The notes beneath the pieces are model-generated. The model had not been told where the DNA came from and did no database searches. It saw only the letters and a list, made by a program, of their open reading frames with translations. From the NCBI RefSeq assembly GCF_001949145.1, contig NW_019091357.1, forward strand, positions 3,992,228 to 4,056,227: DNA of 64,000 bases, in the 5' to 3' direction. The position numbers were made by a program, and so were the translations under genes. This document shows, one piece after another, positions 1 to 24,442 of the stretch (positions are counted from its first letter, which is position 1; every line of letters starts with the position of its first letter). The DNA is from Acanthaster planci. Its lineage: Eukaryota.

Positions 1-3000
1 GGTCCATGGTAAAATCTTATCTACATGTACATGTACTTCAGGGTACATGTACCAATTCTCTGACCAATTCTCCCGATCCGTCACTTCACTCTACTGTTTG
101 CTTTAAATGCAGACGACTGTTTTATATTCATCACTGCCAGTGGCATTAACATTTCACAGTCTGACTTCAATGCACATGCAGATGGTCAGATCATTTGAAA
201 ATTATACTTTAACGTGGATCAGTTCAAGGTCATCAGTATGCTTCGAAAACAGCATTCCCACCACCTTTTTTTCGTATTGGAAACAATGTGTTATCGGCTA
301 CAAACTGTAAGGGATATTTAGCAGTCATGATAAGTGCGCTGTATGGCGAGAATTGTGATATTCAAGGGCGGATCCAGAACCACATTTTCGGAGAGGCAAA
401 TTTGTGTTCGGGGGGCAACAAAATGTGGAGATTTTTTCAGGTAACCTTTGATGGGCTTTCCCTAGAGAAAAGTGAGGTTACATTTGGGGGCTCTTTGCAC
501 GCCTTTGGCCTGGAGGGAAATGAAAAAGACGTCCAAACTCGCTTTTCTCTCATTATCATTTTTAAAAAATGTGAGGCTCCTTGGGGGAACGGCCCCTTCT
601 CCCCCTTACGATGCGTCAAGTCCTTCAGAAATGTAGGGACTTATAGACGATGATCCGCTTATTGTTCGGATAGGCCTAATAGTTTGAAAGACACTTGACG
701 TTTTTCTTCTTATCTGCATAAATTTGCATACGTACACAAACAAGCTATACCTTATTAATCATTTAGGCTGGACTGATAATCGAACCAGAAAAAAATTGCT
801 TCATCTGTTTTTATAAAGTTCGTAAGGGCCTCATCGGCATTAATACCCTTAAAAAGGCAAAGAATTAAACATTCCTTTTGCTTACAGTGATAGTTTAAGG
901 TATTCCTATTTTGTGTGCACAGCAAATGCTGGAATCATTTTCCAGAAAGATTTCATCCAAATTACGTCTCTGAATGTGTTTAGAGCTCCCTTCTTGGTGT
1001 TTACGTGTTATTTGTGTTTGTCCAAAGACATATGTTAGTGTTTGATCGTATTGTTGTTAAATGTTTCTTTCACTGTTCTGAGCTTAATGCTTTGCGGCTC
1101 GTTGATCGCACTTTGTTTAATCGCCATTATTTTTTGTAGGTCATTGGGTTTTTGTTAGAACTGTCTTCAACTTTATTAACTTCTTTGTTTTCACTGTTTT
1201 TATGTATCGTTATTCTGATCCTTATTATATTCTATTATCTTAATATATAAAGTACAATAAGGATCATCATTGTGTCACTTTTATTCAGTTTTGCAGTTAA
1301 GCCACTTCTAGCTTGTACTTATTTTATACAGCAAGTTTTTCAACATGGAATTTACTTTCTTTTCCATAACCCGGAAGGTGCCATGAAAAAAATATGTGAA
1401 AACCAGGCTTGAGGTAAAAGAGCCCTTATCTCGAACTGCCACCTGCTCCTCCTTCCAAGCAGTCATCCAGATTAATCTTTAACGGGATGTAATCTTCCGT
1501 GTGATGCATGACATCTTATCTTATACAAACCGTTTTTAGGCTACAAACTCCGACAAACTCATTCCAAGTTATCCACAGCTAGGTGGGGTGTATATTTCTC
1601 TTTTAGTTCTGGCAAAACCTTTAAAAAAAGCCGGAAGTGGTCAGATTGTTGTCACACTTCCTCTCTGTTTTAACCAAGTGACAAAAATCTAGAAAATTTG
1701 TAATTTTTGGATTTGTGAAGTTTTTCTGGCCGTTAATATCGACTCCAAGAAGAATTTAACTAAGTCACAAAGCAAATTGTTTGTACTTTCATATTCATCG
1801 TAAACAAACACTTGGCAAAAGTCTCGGTCTCTGAGTGTGTTTGCTTGCTTTCATGAAGTGACGAAAATTCATCTTGTATAAGCAGTCCCAAAGGGAAACC
1901 ATACTGGTCTGCACGAGTTGGGATGCAAGCCTAGGCTGTTGCAGCGGTCAAACGATGTTGAAAAGGAACGTATGCGTGTGTTGAAATGTAAAATTAATGG
2001 AACAATTTCCTCATATCTTCATGTTTTCTCGAAGTGACAAGAACTCTGCACACTGTCAAACAGAGACAACAGAGGCAACAATTAGTGGCCTCCACCATCC
2101 CCCGTTTTCACGAGGTGAAATTTTGTTACTTAACGAATCAAAGTGCGATTTTGACAAATTCAGCCTGCATTGTGTGACGCAACAGAAATGTCTCCAATTT
2201 TGTAATAACAAACCAACCGAAAATGTGTCATGTAAAAGGGACTATTATTTTTTCAAATGAAATAGGCCTAATTTGAGAATATCCGTTATGTAAGGATGCA
2301 CAGGTTATTTCCACTTCTTGAAAATACCATCGACTTGCTGCTCGACTAGCGATCTAGACGATACGGGCTGAGATCAAAGCACCTAGCCTCATTCTCTCAA
2401 CAGGATAGTAGCTCTGTCAAACCATCGTTCGTATACGTTGGCGCCGGCATGCGAAAAAAGCGTTTAACTGAAGATGTGATGTACGCCATGATGTAACTGC
2501 TGTAAATGTACATGTGTTGTACCTGTCCAGTATTGATGGGATGTTTACATGTACACTGTAGACGCTGTCCTTCCGCAGTTTACTGTTGTGTGTGGTTTGT
2601 TTTTTTCCATTCTCTAAGTTTATTTGTTTGTATGTTTTTTTTTCCTTTTTTCTCTTTTGTTTCCGCACGTCCTTTTAATATGAATTGAAAACTCGAAAGC
2701 AACCTGACCCTGTGTAACTGTTGAAAAACAAGGTTGCCAGCAATGTCATGCAGATGTTTGATACCAATGGTTTGGGTTGTTTTGCCAGTCCTCTCTGGCG
2801 ATTATGAAGATTTCATTGGTGTAAAACGCTGGAATGTTTTGTTTCAATTCGTTCATTGAGATAATAGGTTTATAAGATGGTAGTAAGACAGACGCCCCAA
2901 GCCCTTTGTTTATGAATATTCAGCTGATGAGTGGTTCCCCCCCCCAAGAAAAAACTTGAGACGCTAATGGTCTCACCCTTGCGCAACTTCTGTGAACACT

Positions 3001-3013
3001 CTCTGCAACTTAA

Positions 3014-3340
3014 GGCCGGTTCACACTAGAGGCTAACGTGAAAGCGAAGCAAATTTGACACGATGAAAATATTTGCTGTAGAATTTCGCTCGAGTTCTGT
3101 TCACCTCTTACGAATATTTGAGCGCGAATATTTGATCTTAGCCTACTTCACAACTTTGCACTTGTGTTCGCTTTAGCGCCAAATATGAACCGGCCTTTCT
3201 TGGCGCGAAAGCGCACGTCAGAATCAAATATTGGCGTTGCAAATTCGAAGAAGTTGAAACATTTCAACTCAAGAGGATTTCGCCGCACATTTTTTGTAAC
3301 GTCAAATTCACTTTGCATTCGCCTGCTGTATGGACCGGCC
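3014..3340. mobile_element. PIF/Harbinger-like MITE
   Basis: taa|GGCCGGTTCACACT at 3014 with inverted ends atgaaccggcc (3195) and tatggaccggcc (3340); internal gcgaa/ttcgc subrepeats. Confidence 0.6.
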
Positions 3341-4913
3341 TTTACGCACAGCACTGGAAACGTGATTATGAACACGCGCCTTCATTCTGCGAAAAGCGTT
3401 CGCATTGTCACGTGGTTAGGACAACACTCAAATTCGTAAAGCTTTTCGTCAGCCTCGGCAGATAATGCGAAACGGAGTTTTTACTGATAGTACTATGTGA
3501 AATAGCACATCCTTCCAACTGTAACCATGTGTTGAGTGGATTTATTGTCTCTTCTCATACACTTCAGCCTTGAACGCTGGTCACGGGATATCCTCTACTG
3601 CGGTCTTCACGTGGTCCGGATGGGTGGACTGCCTTCAAGCCGAAAATAACAGTTATCCTAACGAATACTACTCACTGATTCATCGTCTTCTATTTGCTTT
3701 CTTTTCTGGTTTGCTGTTTTTATTGTTCGTTGCTTCTAGATCGTTATGCACATCCTCGAGATTATTTTTTTACAGGAAATGTCAAATAAACCATGATGCA
3801 AACAACAATAAAGCACGTGATATTCCAACGTTTTATATAATGTTTTTTATGATTATCTCTCTTCGAAAATTCCCATAATAGTCTGTGTTGCACCTTCACA
3901 ATTTAGAGTGAAATGGATCGGATCTACAGCAAAAAAAAAATTAAGTCCCAACATATCGCTGCTGGTAGCAGGAAGCCAATGTTTGTATTTTCTGTTCACT
4001 TTGGATCTGATGTCCTTGTTTCTCAGAAAATTGTCGACGACATTTTAAAGTCGTGATTTTCATGAAGGTCGGCAAACTGGTATGAAAAGGACGCTCATCG
4101 TGGTGCATGCTGCAAATATCTGTAATATTAAATAAGTGTTAATTTAATACCCTACTAAGGACTACACCGAGGATTTCACCCAGTCTGGCGCAGTCCTTTG
4201 GTTACACCCATTGTACTTTGTCTTACTGCGGTTAAAGAGAATTAGTGCGCTGTTATATAAATGAGAGGAATTCAATCATATTGGTTTTTGGAACTACTTG
4301 TTGATGTCCTCCTGCAGTGCAGGAAGAACATGTTTCTCGATGTTGGGGACCGGTTGTTTCCGCGTTTCGATTTTCATTGCTGAGTCCATGTTTTATTGCC
4401 AAGAGACGGTCATGTTCTACATGTAGTTGACGATTACAACTCGAGAATCGAAACGTCCAGAGAATTCAATAGGTCCTACCGAACGGTTCCAGCTGTTTAA
4501 TTTGGATTAAAATTAAAAAAAACTGAAACAAAAAAACAAAATATTCACACAAAACACAAACGTATCCACCTTAATTTAAAGACAAGACAAGAAAACAAAT
4601 ACCAACAAACAAACCTCAACACAAATGCATAAAACATCCGGGAATTCTGACAAGTCAAATTTTTCCGGGATAGGAAATGTTTAATTGGTAGTTTATTTTG
4701 TTGATACACCAACGGGGCTTTCTCGGCCCCCTAATATTTCTCCCTGCAGATTCGAGGAAATCCGCCCTGCATCGGTGTTTGATATTTAGTTGCAAAAGCA
4801 CGTTTCCGATTGTTGGGGTTCCAACCCTCGTGTTGGGCACTTTGCCAACCGCTCAAATTTGCTTTACTTTTGTTTATAACTTCACGTGCTAATGGGTGCT
4901 TCACTCAAGTTAA

Positions 4914-5203
4914 CACTGTTAGCAAAAGTTAGTCATTTTGTGCTCAAAATGACTAATATAGGTAACTCGAGTCTGGGTGACTTATTAACTCAAGACAGGG
5001 CTAATACTTAGTCAACTGTGACTGACTTTGGTCAAGTTTGACTATAATATTTGACTTATCTTTGACGAATAAATGTAAGTCATTGGCCTGTCTAACTAAT
5101 TTAAAATTAGTCATTGGTATAACTGAGTAATTTAAATTGGTCATTTTAGACATAGAGCTGGACTAATTGTTATAAGTCCGAATGACTAATTTTTGTGTAC
5201 AGT
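4914..5203. mobile_element. CACTA/EnSpm-like MITE with tgacta/tagtca subterminal repeats
   Basis: Left end cactgttagcaaaagttagtcattt is inverted-similar to right end aatgactaatttttgtgtacagt; many gacta/tagtc motifs inside. Confidence 0.55.
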
Positions 5204-5243
5204 ATGATGGAATTTGCTCTTTGCTCTCAGTGCTGTAGCATTT

Positions 5244-6660
5244 TCAGAAATATTTGTGTAAATACAACTTAGACCTACAATCTTTGCGTTTACAGTTTAC
5301 ACTCGAATGCTTATGTTGTGTCTGACTGTGGTCGGACCTTCTACCAGCATTCACGCAAATTGTCAGATAGCTGTTCCCTACATCACCAGCAGCAGCCTGC
5401 TGCGGTTGTCCAACTTCAGGATTTTGTGCATAAACTGTGGGTGCTGTGTGTCCAGTTGATGTGGCCACGTGTCCCAATTAATGCTCATAATCCCAGAAAT
5501 CGGCATCATGGCTGTTGTTGCGTCACTTGGTATTGTTGCCGGTACATTTGCAACCACGTCTTCCGCGTTCACGCTTGCATTTTCCAACCCTTCTCTTTCC
5601 ACAGTTTCACGCGGTGCTTAACCTTGCTGTGAAATCACGTGAAACAACTTCGGAAATCAGAGGCACCACTTCCGGGGGGAGTTTCGGCTGGCAGATACAG
5701 CCCACGGCTGCGGAGTCCCGGCCAGGCTGCGTACTGCACAAGGAAACGGTACAGTGGGTTGTGAGGACGTCAAGTGCGTGTCCTCACCATTGCAGCTCCG
5801 TCTTACTATTAGGACCAACTCTTCATTCCCCTTAATCCCTCCTCCGCTGACGGGCAGGAACAGGGACGATTCCTGAACTGCTGATTTGCGGCACTTCGTC
5901 ATGATGACGTCATTTCGGTATAGGATTATCGACTGGGCCGTGATATGCGCCGCGCTTCTGACGGCCTCGAGGGGAATAGACGGTAAGCTTTCAAAACGGA
6001 TAGACATCAGGTTTTGTCGTTTCAACCCTGTGAATCTTAAAATAGACGGTAAGCTTTCAAAACGGATAGACATCAGGTTTTGTCGTTTCAACCCTGTAAA
6101 TCTTAAAACTGTATTATGTTAAGTGGTTTGTACCTAGGAAATAGCTCAAATAAACGAGTTGGCGCAGCAGTATTTTCCTCGGATTCAGTCCGATCAAATC
6201 CCAACCACTGCGCCCTCGTTTGGATTCGGTTTGACGCCCGGGACCTAAATCCATCCCCGTGTATATCCATGATGTTCCCCCATGACACCATATCTTTTAA
6301 CAGGAAATTTACCAACCCGGCAAAACTGTCAAATATCTTAAGTTTCCTTGGTTTCTGAATAGCCACACTCTTCCAAACTATGTGGTCCCAGACAGGAAGC
6401 AATATGTTCTATATTCATCTGCAAGTGCCCGCCGCGATATCTGTGGGTTTTGAAGTACCATTCGATACGAGGTGATAAAATTTAATTCCGAGGAAATCAT
6501 GACGATCAGCTTCGCTTTACTATGAAAACAAAACTCACCAATGAGGGTACCAGCATTGGGGTCCGAATTCGAAATGCCAGTCGTACTGGGCCATTCTAAA
6601 ACCTGCCCATGAAGTCTCAAGTCTGATTGCCTGCAATACTGTACGTGCGGCGTCGTGCGC
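5244..6660 (-). pseudogene. Decayed intronless coding sequence of unknown origin (possible endogenous viral element)
   Basis: Five abutting or overlapping minus-strand ORFs (6378-6620, 6103-6402, 5657-6091, 5378-5602, 5244-5477) chain by small frameshifts into one protein-like sequence of about 430 codons; appears GC-richer than flanks; no splice structure seen. Confidence 0.5.
5975..6106. repeat. Near-perfect 66-bp tandem duplication
   Basis: aatagacggtaagc...gaatcttaa at 5975-6040 and 6041-6106, one mismatch. Confidence 0.95.
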
Positions 6661-9566
6661 TATTGAACACCAAAATATACTGAACGATTAACACCGACCC
6701 AATTTCTCTCACACTAATGCGGTATACAGCAGTGAAGTCGAAAGTATTTATACATGTATATTTTTAACGGTTTAAAAGAAACTATGGCCAAGGCCATGTC
6801 CGAATTACGTGTACTTGGATACGAAGAACGCATGCACTGTGGGAGTCTGCAGCCGGCGGCTTCCCGCATTTCCCATAAATGCATGTATTATCATCCATTC
6901 CTAGTCTCGTGTACGGCATGTGGAATGTGAGCAGAGTATAAAAGCAATCCGGTAGCAAGTTCTAATGGTGCCAATACGTGTATCTTACAGGAAGGATGTT
7001 CATGCACAGGATGCACAGGGCATAGTCACATTCTTTACATGGCAATATTTTACACGTAGTCCTCGTGCCGCCGTTGAAGGGTATGACGTCATTGCGAGAA
7101 CATGGTACAGTTCGACAAATGTTCGGCTGGTTCTGCCCGATGCACAACTTCGTGTACACTCTTCCACCTAAGCGATCTTAGTGGAACCACATCTTTGGAA
7201 TCCCATCATCGTTCCCATGTTGCCGTCGGTTGCATCTGTGTTCATGATCTAAGCCACCTGATCACACAGTTAAGTTCACGTCAGTGATTATCCCTCTTAA
7301 TACGAAAACGGCTGTCGACCAATGATGCAGTCGTGTATAGAGGTCTGGTTCCAAAATGGTCGACGTGATAGCAAACTTCGGCTGACTGTTGTCTATAGTA
7401 CGTGGTCACTCAAACTGGCCCTTACTATGATGCCATCTGGTACGCCCAAAGGGCAACTCGGCCACTGGCTAGAATAGACTTTAAACTGATTTCCCTCGAA
7501 CCTCATATCCAGCATCATTGGTATAGGGACAAATCGAAAAGAAGACCAGTGCTTGGCTGATTTTGAACATTAAGGCCGTGGCTATCAGGTGCCTAGTTTT
7601 GACACAGTCTGACATCGACGCTGTCCACAAAGGATGTGAGGAACATGGGGATAGCTCAGACTGCATGGCATTTATGAAATGATTTTGTTTGTACAGCCTC
7701 ATTCCATTGTACTGTGTAATTATGCCTGACAACTTAACACGAGTTGTACAACGGAATAATGTAAATCAAGCAGGTTTTACATTTTCAGAAGTGTGGGAAA
7801 ACAGATATCACAGAATTATTGGTGTTGTTTTATGACCGGATTTCCTCCGTCATACAAAAATTCATACGTGTATAGCTAATAAGTCAATACGGCTGACATT
7901 ACTGGCATGGTGTAAGCTTGTATAGTTTACCTAACCTCTTCCCGTAAAATCTGCATGAACAACAAGTCTACGTGTTTCCTGCGTGTTGTCTGCGCTGTAC
8001 CAACAACATGGGGTCCTGCAAAGCGAGATAGACGGGTTATTTTATCTGTTGTAGAGGTCACGTTTTGGAGGAAACGAAACACCGGGTATCATGAACCCGA
8101 GATTTGATTTTGATATGATTCATTCCTGAACGAGTGGTTTCAAGCATACACAGCTCCAATTAGTGTGATCTGTTTGCCGTTCCGTGCAGGAGCAGATCCC
8201 GTCATCAAGAAAGCAATACTGTGTTGACATAAACAACTCGTTATTGTCTTATGGCAACACATTAATGGGCAAATCCAGAACTTAGGGGTTCAAAAGTGTG
8301 ACACTGTTTTGTCACTGTTACATCTGACTTTTGTTATTTGACATGGAAACATCACCGGAATTGCTTTCAAACTATTACTATTTGTTTGGCAGGTAATTTG
8401 CATTTATTCATGACTCTTGGAAATTAGAGAATGTGTTCTGAACTGACAAAATCATACGTCAGATGTGGCAGGGACACACAAAAAAGCAATCAACCCTTAA
8501 TTTCTGCAATTAGCCATATGTCACTTTATCATGTATTATACATTTACACATTTTGATAAGCCGAATTTTTATTTTTGAATTTGAACGCATTTTACACGTT
8601 TTGGTTGCTTTGAACTTCGCGGCGTTATATTTAGCCCCCCCCCCGTATCTGTGTAGGACCAGTAATCCTATTTTGACCTCAAAATGCAAAATCGAGGTAT
8701 TAAATTCACACCAAAGGTCTTCTAGTGTGGCGGAAATAGTCTTTTTGGAGCATGGTGGACACAATACGTGTACATGTTTATGTAGCAGGGCGGTTTTTAA
8801 AATGAGAGTAAACCGAAAGATTTTACCCAAACTTAATAGCTCCTGTTGTGTTCGCCATACCGCAAATAGACTCATGGCATGGGATGGGGGTGACGTTTGC
8901 ATCTGTCTACTTGCTGATAATAAACAAAAGGTTATCACCTGTGGTGTCACCGTGGAAGACTGTGCTCCCTGGCGGCCCCCCCTTCCATTTGTACACAACC
9001 TATGTACATTCCGTGCCCCTCCACTCCCCGAGTGCCCCGCCTCCTCCATGTGTACAAATTTACCCTCTAGTTGCCACTGCCAATCTGAGAAAAGTTGCTG
9101 CACACCCATCCGCTTTGACCGGATCATTGGGCCACAGGGCAATAGTATATGTAAATGTAAGTGCAAGGTAGAGAGATGCCCGCGGCTTATGGATTTGGAC
9201 TCCGATTTCACTGGAACACTCAGATTCAACCAAACGCAATTACGTTAACCAACCGGTACTCACATTCCACATATTTTGAAATGGCCCACCCCGCAAATAC
9301 CAATGGCCATTTTATGACTGACCATTAAATTACCATCCGCCTTAAGCAGAAGCACCCCCTCACCGTTTGAAAAGAGCAATGCTGTTCGGGAGTGTTCGTT
9401 TTGTTGGTAGTGACGCGCACACAACGCACACATCTCATACAGTCGTTCGTGAACCAGCGAAATGAAGTTCCTACCAAAGATGCCTCCATTGCTAGGTAAA
9501 TCCGCCTCCTCCTGGTCCAACTCGGGGCCATTTTGGCAAGTGACTGATTATGAAGTGATCTATTTG

Positions 9567-9713
9567 AGAGTACCGAAGTGTGACATCGTTTTGAACCAGA
9601 AAGTGTCGTGCAAACGAATGGAGTACGCGCGCGTGTCGGTCCACGCGTTGGTTCTCGTGCTAATTCCCTTTACACGCATAATTATGTGTGTGACGTATTC
9701 ACTTCGGTACTCT
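9567..9713. mobile_element. MITE family A, copy 1
   Basis: TIR agagtaccgaagtg / cacttcggtactct; body matches the reverse complement of 59034-59191. Confidence 0.75.
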
Positions 9714-11933
9714 TTAGAGCAGAATGGAACGTGCGCAAGAAACCTTGCTCGCACGGTCCGACGCAACGAGGACACAAACTGTATCGGTGATATGGTGGAC
9801 TGGTGCACAAGTAGAATGAGACAAACGAGCGTTTGTGGTATTTTTGGGTAGTTGCCAGTCAAAAAGGAGAACTTGGATTGACGCAGAAAAGTGACAGTGA
9901 ATCAAATTTGCGAGTGGCGCAGAATTCGCCTGTGAACGATACCTGGTGATCTCAGTGGGCGCACCCGTCGACACATCGTACATGATTACGATTGCGTAAT
10001 CGTATTATGTTGCGACGTCTGCGATGACTATCTTGATTCTTATGATTCTGGCGTGGGTGCGGCTTCTGAAGCCGTTGTAATATCACCCAATCTGTAGCTT
10101 CATACCACTATGATTTACTGAGAAAAACGAAAGAAGGAAAAAAGAAAGCCGTGTTCACGACGGCTGCCTTGTGTATGTAGTTTTATGGGTCACTGCACGG
10201 ACGCACAGGCCAACCGAGGTTGAAGTTCTTACGGTCCGTAAATGTTCAGCGGTAGACAACTTCAAGTTAAAAAGTTCCTGTTTAAGTTGAGATTTCCTGA
10301 CCCAGGATATAATGCTTTGTGGTCTGTATCTTCTTACCGACAGAGCAGGAAGTGGAGGGATTTCCGACCCATATTAGACCCAGGTTTCTTTCTTTCTTTC
10401 TTTTTGGCTTCTCTTTTCTTTTGTCCATCATGGGCGCCATCAATAGTCTTTAATGATATTCCACTGTCTTAGGGCGTAGCACCTTTAAAGGGTAGCATCG
10501 ATCGAGTGTTCTGAGACCCAGTTTTGAGACAACATTCAGAATTCTATGTGCTTACCCAGACAACATATGTCATTCAGGGGAAGCCTTGGTTCAGAGCAAA
10601 AAGGTTTATGTTCAGATTGTGAGCCCAGAATATATTCACTAAAATGAGAAAGGGATCGGTGTCTCATTGCTATCTATTCACTCAAAAATTAACCAATAAG
10701 GAAAGAATTTGGACCAGCAAAATCTTTAAAAACGCAGCAGTTTTTGTTCACAAAATGATGTAACACTAAGGTTTTCTTGCCAGGATGTCATCATAGTTTC
10801 ACTCGTCAATATGAAAATACTCATTTCACACTGAAACGAAAAAGGCAGCAAACTGCGCTTTAAAATAGTAAATCAAAATTGAAAAATTTGGGTTTACTGA
10901 ATCATACAGTTTCATTATGGAAATTTGTATCTTTTTCAACCTATTTTTTTCTTTTCTTTTTTGTTCGTTCTTTTGTTTTTCCTTTCCGTTTCATTTCAAA
11001 AGTGAATTTGGGTTTGACATGGACTTATAGTTGCGTGAAGAAAGATTTTACCCCCAAATACTCTGTAGTATATTTTGGGGGTCTGCTTGTACTAGGCATA
11101 AACCGAAATGATTTACGTTTCATTGGTGGTGGCAGAAAAAAAGGGAAGTGACTTTCAGATTAATTCGTCTGGTGATCCGAATAGGACTACATCATCTGTT
11201 CCAAGTGCCCAGTAAAAACTTATTTTTCAATTCTCTGATTTTCGATGGATCTTACTTGCAGTTGCACAGGGCTTTCTTGTTTCTTAATATTTTTCATAGT
11301 CAACGTGTTTCCTGTGTGGTCTCCATTTATTTGCCGGTCCAAGCTGATGTACTCTAAATATCTCATGTTTGGTCGCACTATTCGGTAACCCCCAGTAACG
11401 CTATGCCATATTGTGAAAACTCTTTTCTAACTTGTGCAATGTTTGCCCATCAACCACAAGTGCGGAAATCCCGAACGATAAGTGGCTGTCTTACACACAC
11501 AAAGCCCCATGCAGACTGAGTGAAGTCCAATTTTGTGGTCTCTGAACTTTGATGCCAAGGCCCCAACAGGGCAGGATTTCCTCCGATTTTCCGGTCATCA
11601 CTCGAAAGTGGGAAGAGTTTGTTTTGCGTGTTAGAAGTATTATTCTACAGTCATCTCGACCCTTTGTTATATTGACGACCTGGAATAGTCTGATAAGACT
11701 TTGGGTCCCTTTATCTTAAGCAGCATACAGGAACACGCACAGATGATCACAAGTAATCGGGACAGATTGTAGTTATACTCATCGTTCAATTTCGTATTGT
11801 CAGGCTGCTACTGTTTTTTCACACAGTGCTTAGTGTTCCCAGGGTTTTGGAAAAAAATAATGGTGCCTTTTCTTCAAAAAAATGATTACATTTCATTTCA
11901 AAGGCATTTTGGGACGAGACGTGCCTCATAATA

Positions 11934-12055
11934 GGCCGTGTCCGAAATGGGCTTCCTGAACTACGGCTAATGGTATATTGTCTGCCTGTCTCCGCGTATA
12001 TTCCAATGGAGTAAAGACCTAGACCTAGCTCTAGACAACAGGTTCGGACGCAGCC
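11934..12055. mobile_element. MITE family B (Harbinger-like GGCTGCGTCCGAA TIR), copy 1
   Basis: ggccgtgtccgaa ... ttcggacgcagcc; homologous to 15328-15446 and 46819-46927. Confidence 0.75.
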
Positions 12056-12612
12056 TATGTCTAGTTCGCGCACAGGAGCAATAAAAGGAAAGTATTGCAG
12101 CCGATTCAACGGGTGTGGAATTCACTGCACTTTTCCCGTACATGACGTATGGGAGAAAAGGAAGGAGCAAAGATACCCCTATAGGAGTCTAAATATGCGT
12201 AGCATTGGAATGGTTAGCTTATGTTACTCTCATGGCCAGTCCCATGGCTTTGGTCATTTGTTTCATGGAGACCAGGTGACCTTTTATACGCCCACTGGTG
12301 AAATGTTTTTGCGCTTGCCCGGCTGATGTGTCTTGTCAGTTCCTTATTGCATTTCTGACCTCAAATGTTCACACAAAATCCAGGCACCACCACCATCACT
12401 CCCACCCCATTTTTGTGAGGTGGCCATTTTTCGTCTGCCCATTAAACCCATCTCTAGCCGGTCCCGTGGGATCCATGCTTTCAGCAGTACAACATTACTG
12501 TAGTCAACTTCGTGCGTGTGAATACATATTGTGTTCCTTCTGTGTATGTTATTTTTCTTGTACGTCTAATTCACCACTCTTTACCTTTCCTTGATACCGA
12601 TTTCTTTTGCAG

Positions 12613-24442
<11,830 letters not shown>

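Noticed and set aside
4914..5203. CRISPR-like or regularly spaced short repeats (tgacta)
   Set aside because: Irregular, in both orientations, bounded by TIRs and in a eukaryotic context, so MITE subterminal repeats
7481..7732. Possible chuvirus/gB-like glycoprotein reading (C..RHLIATAL..AGYEVRGKSV), which would give a G-N gene order
   Set aside because: Only a vague resemblance; no signal peptide, TM helix or consistent Cys pattern found
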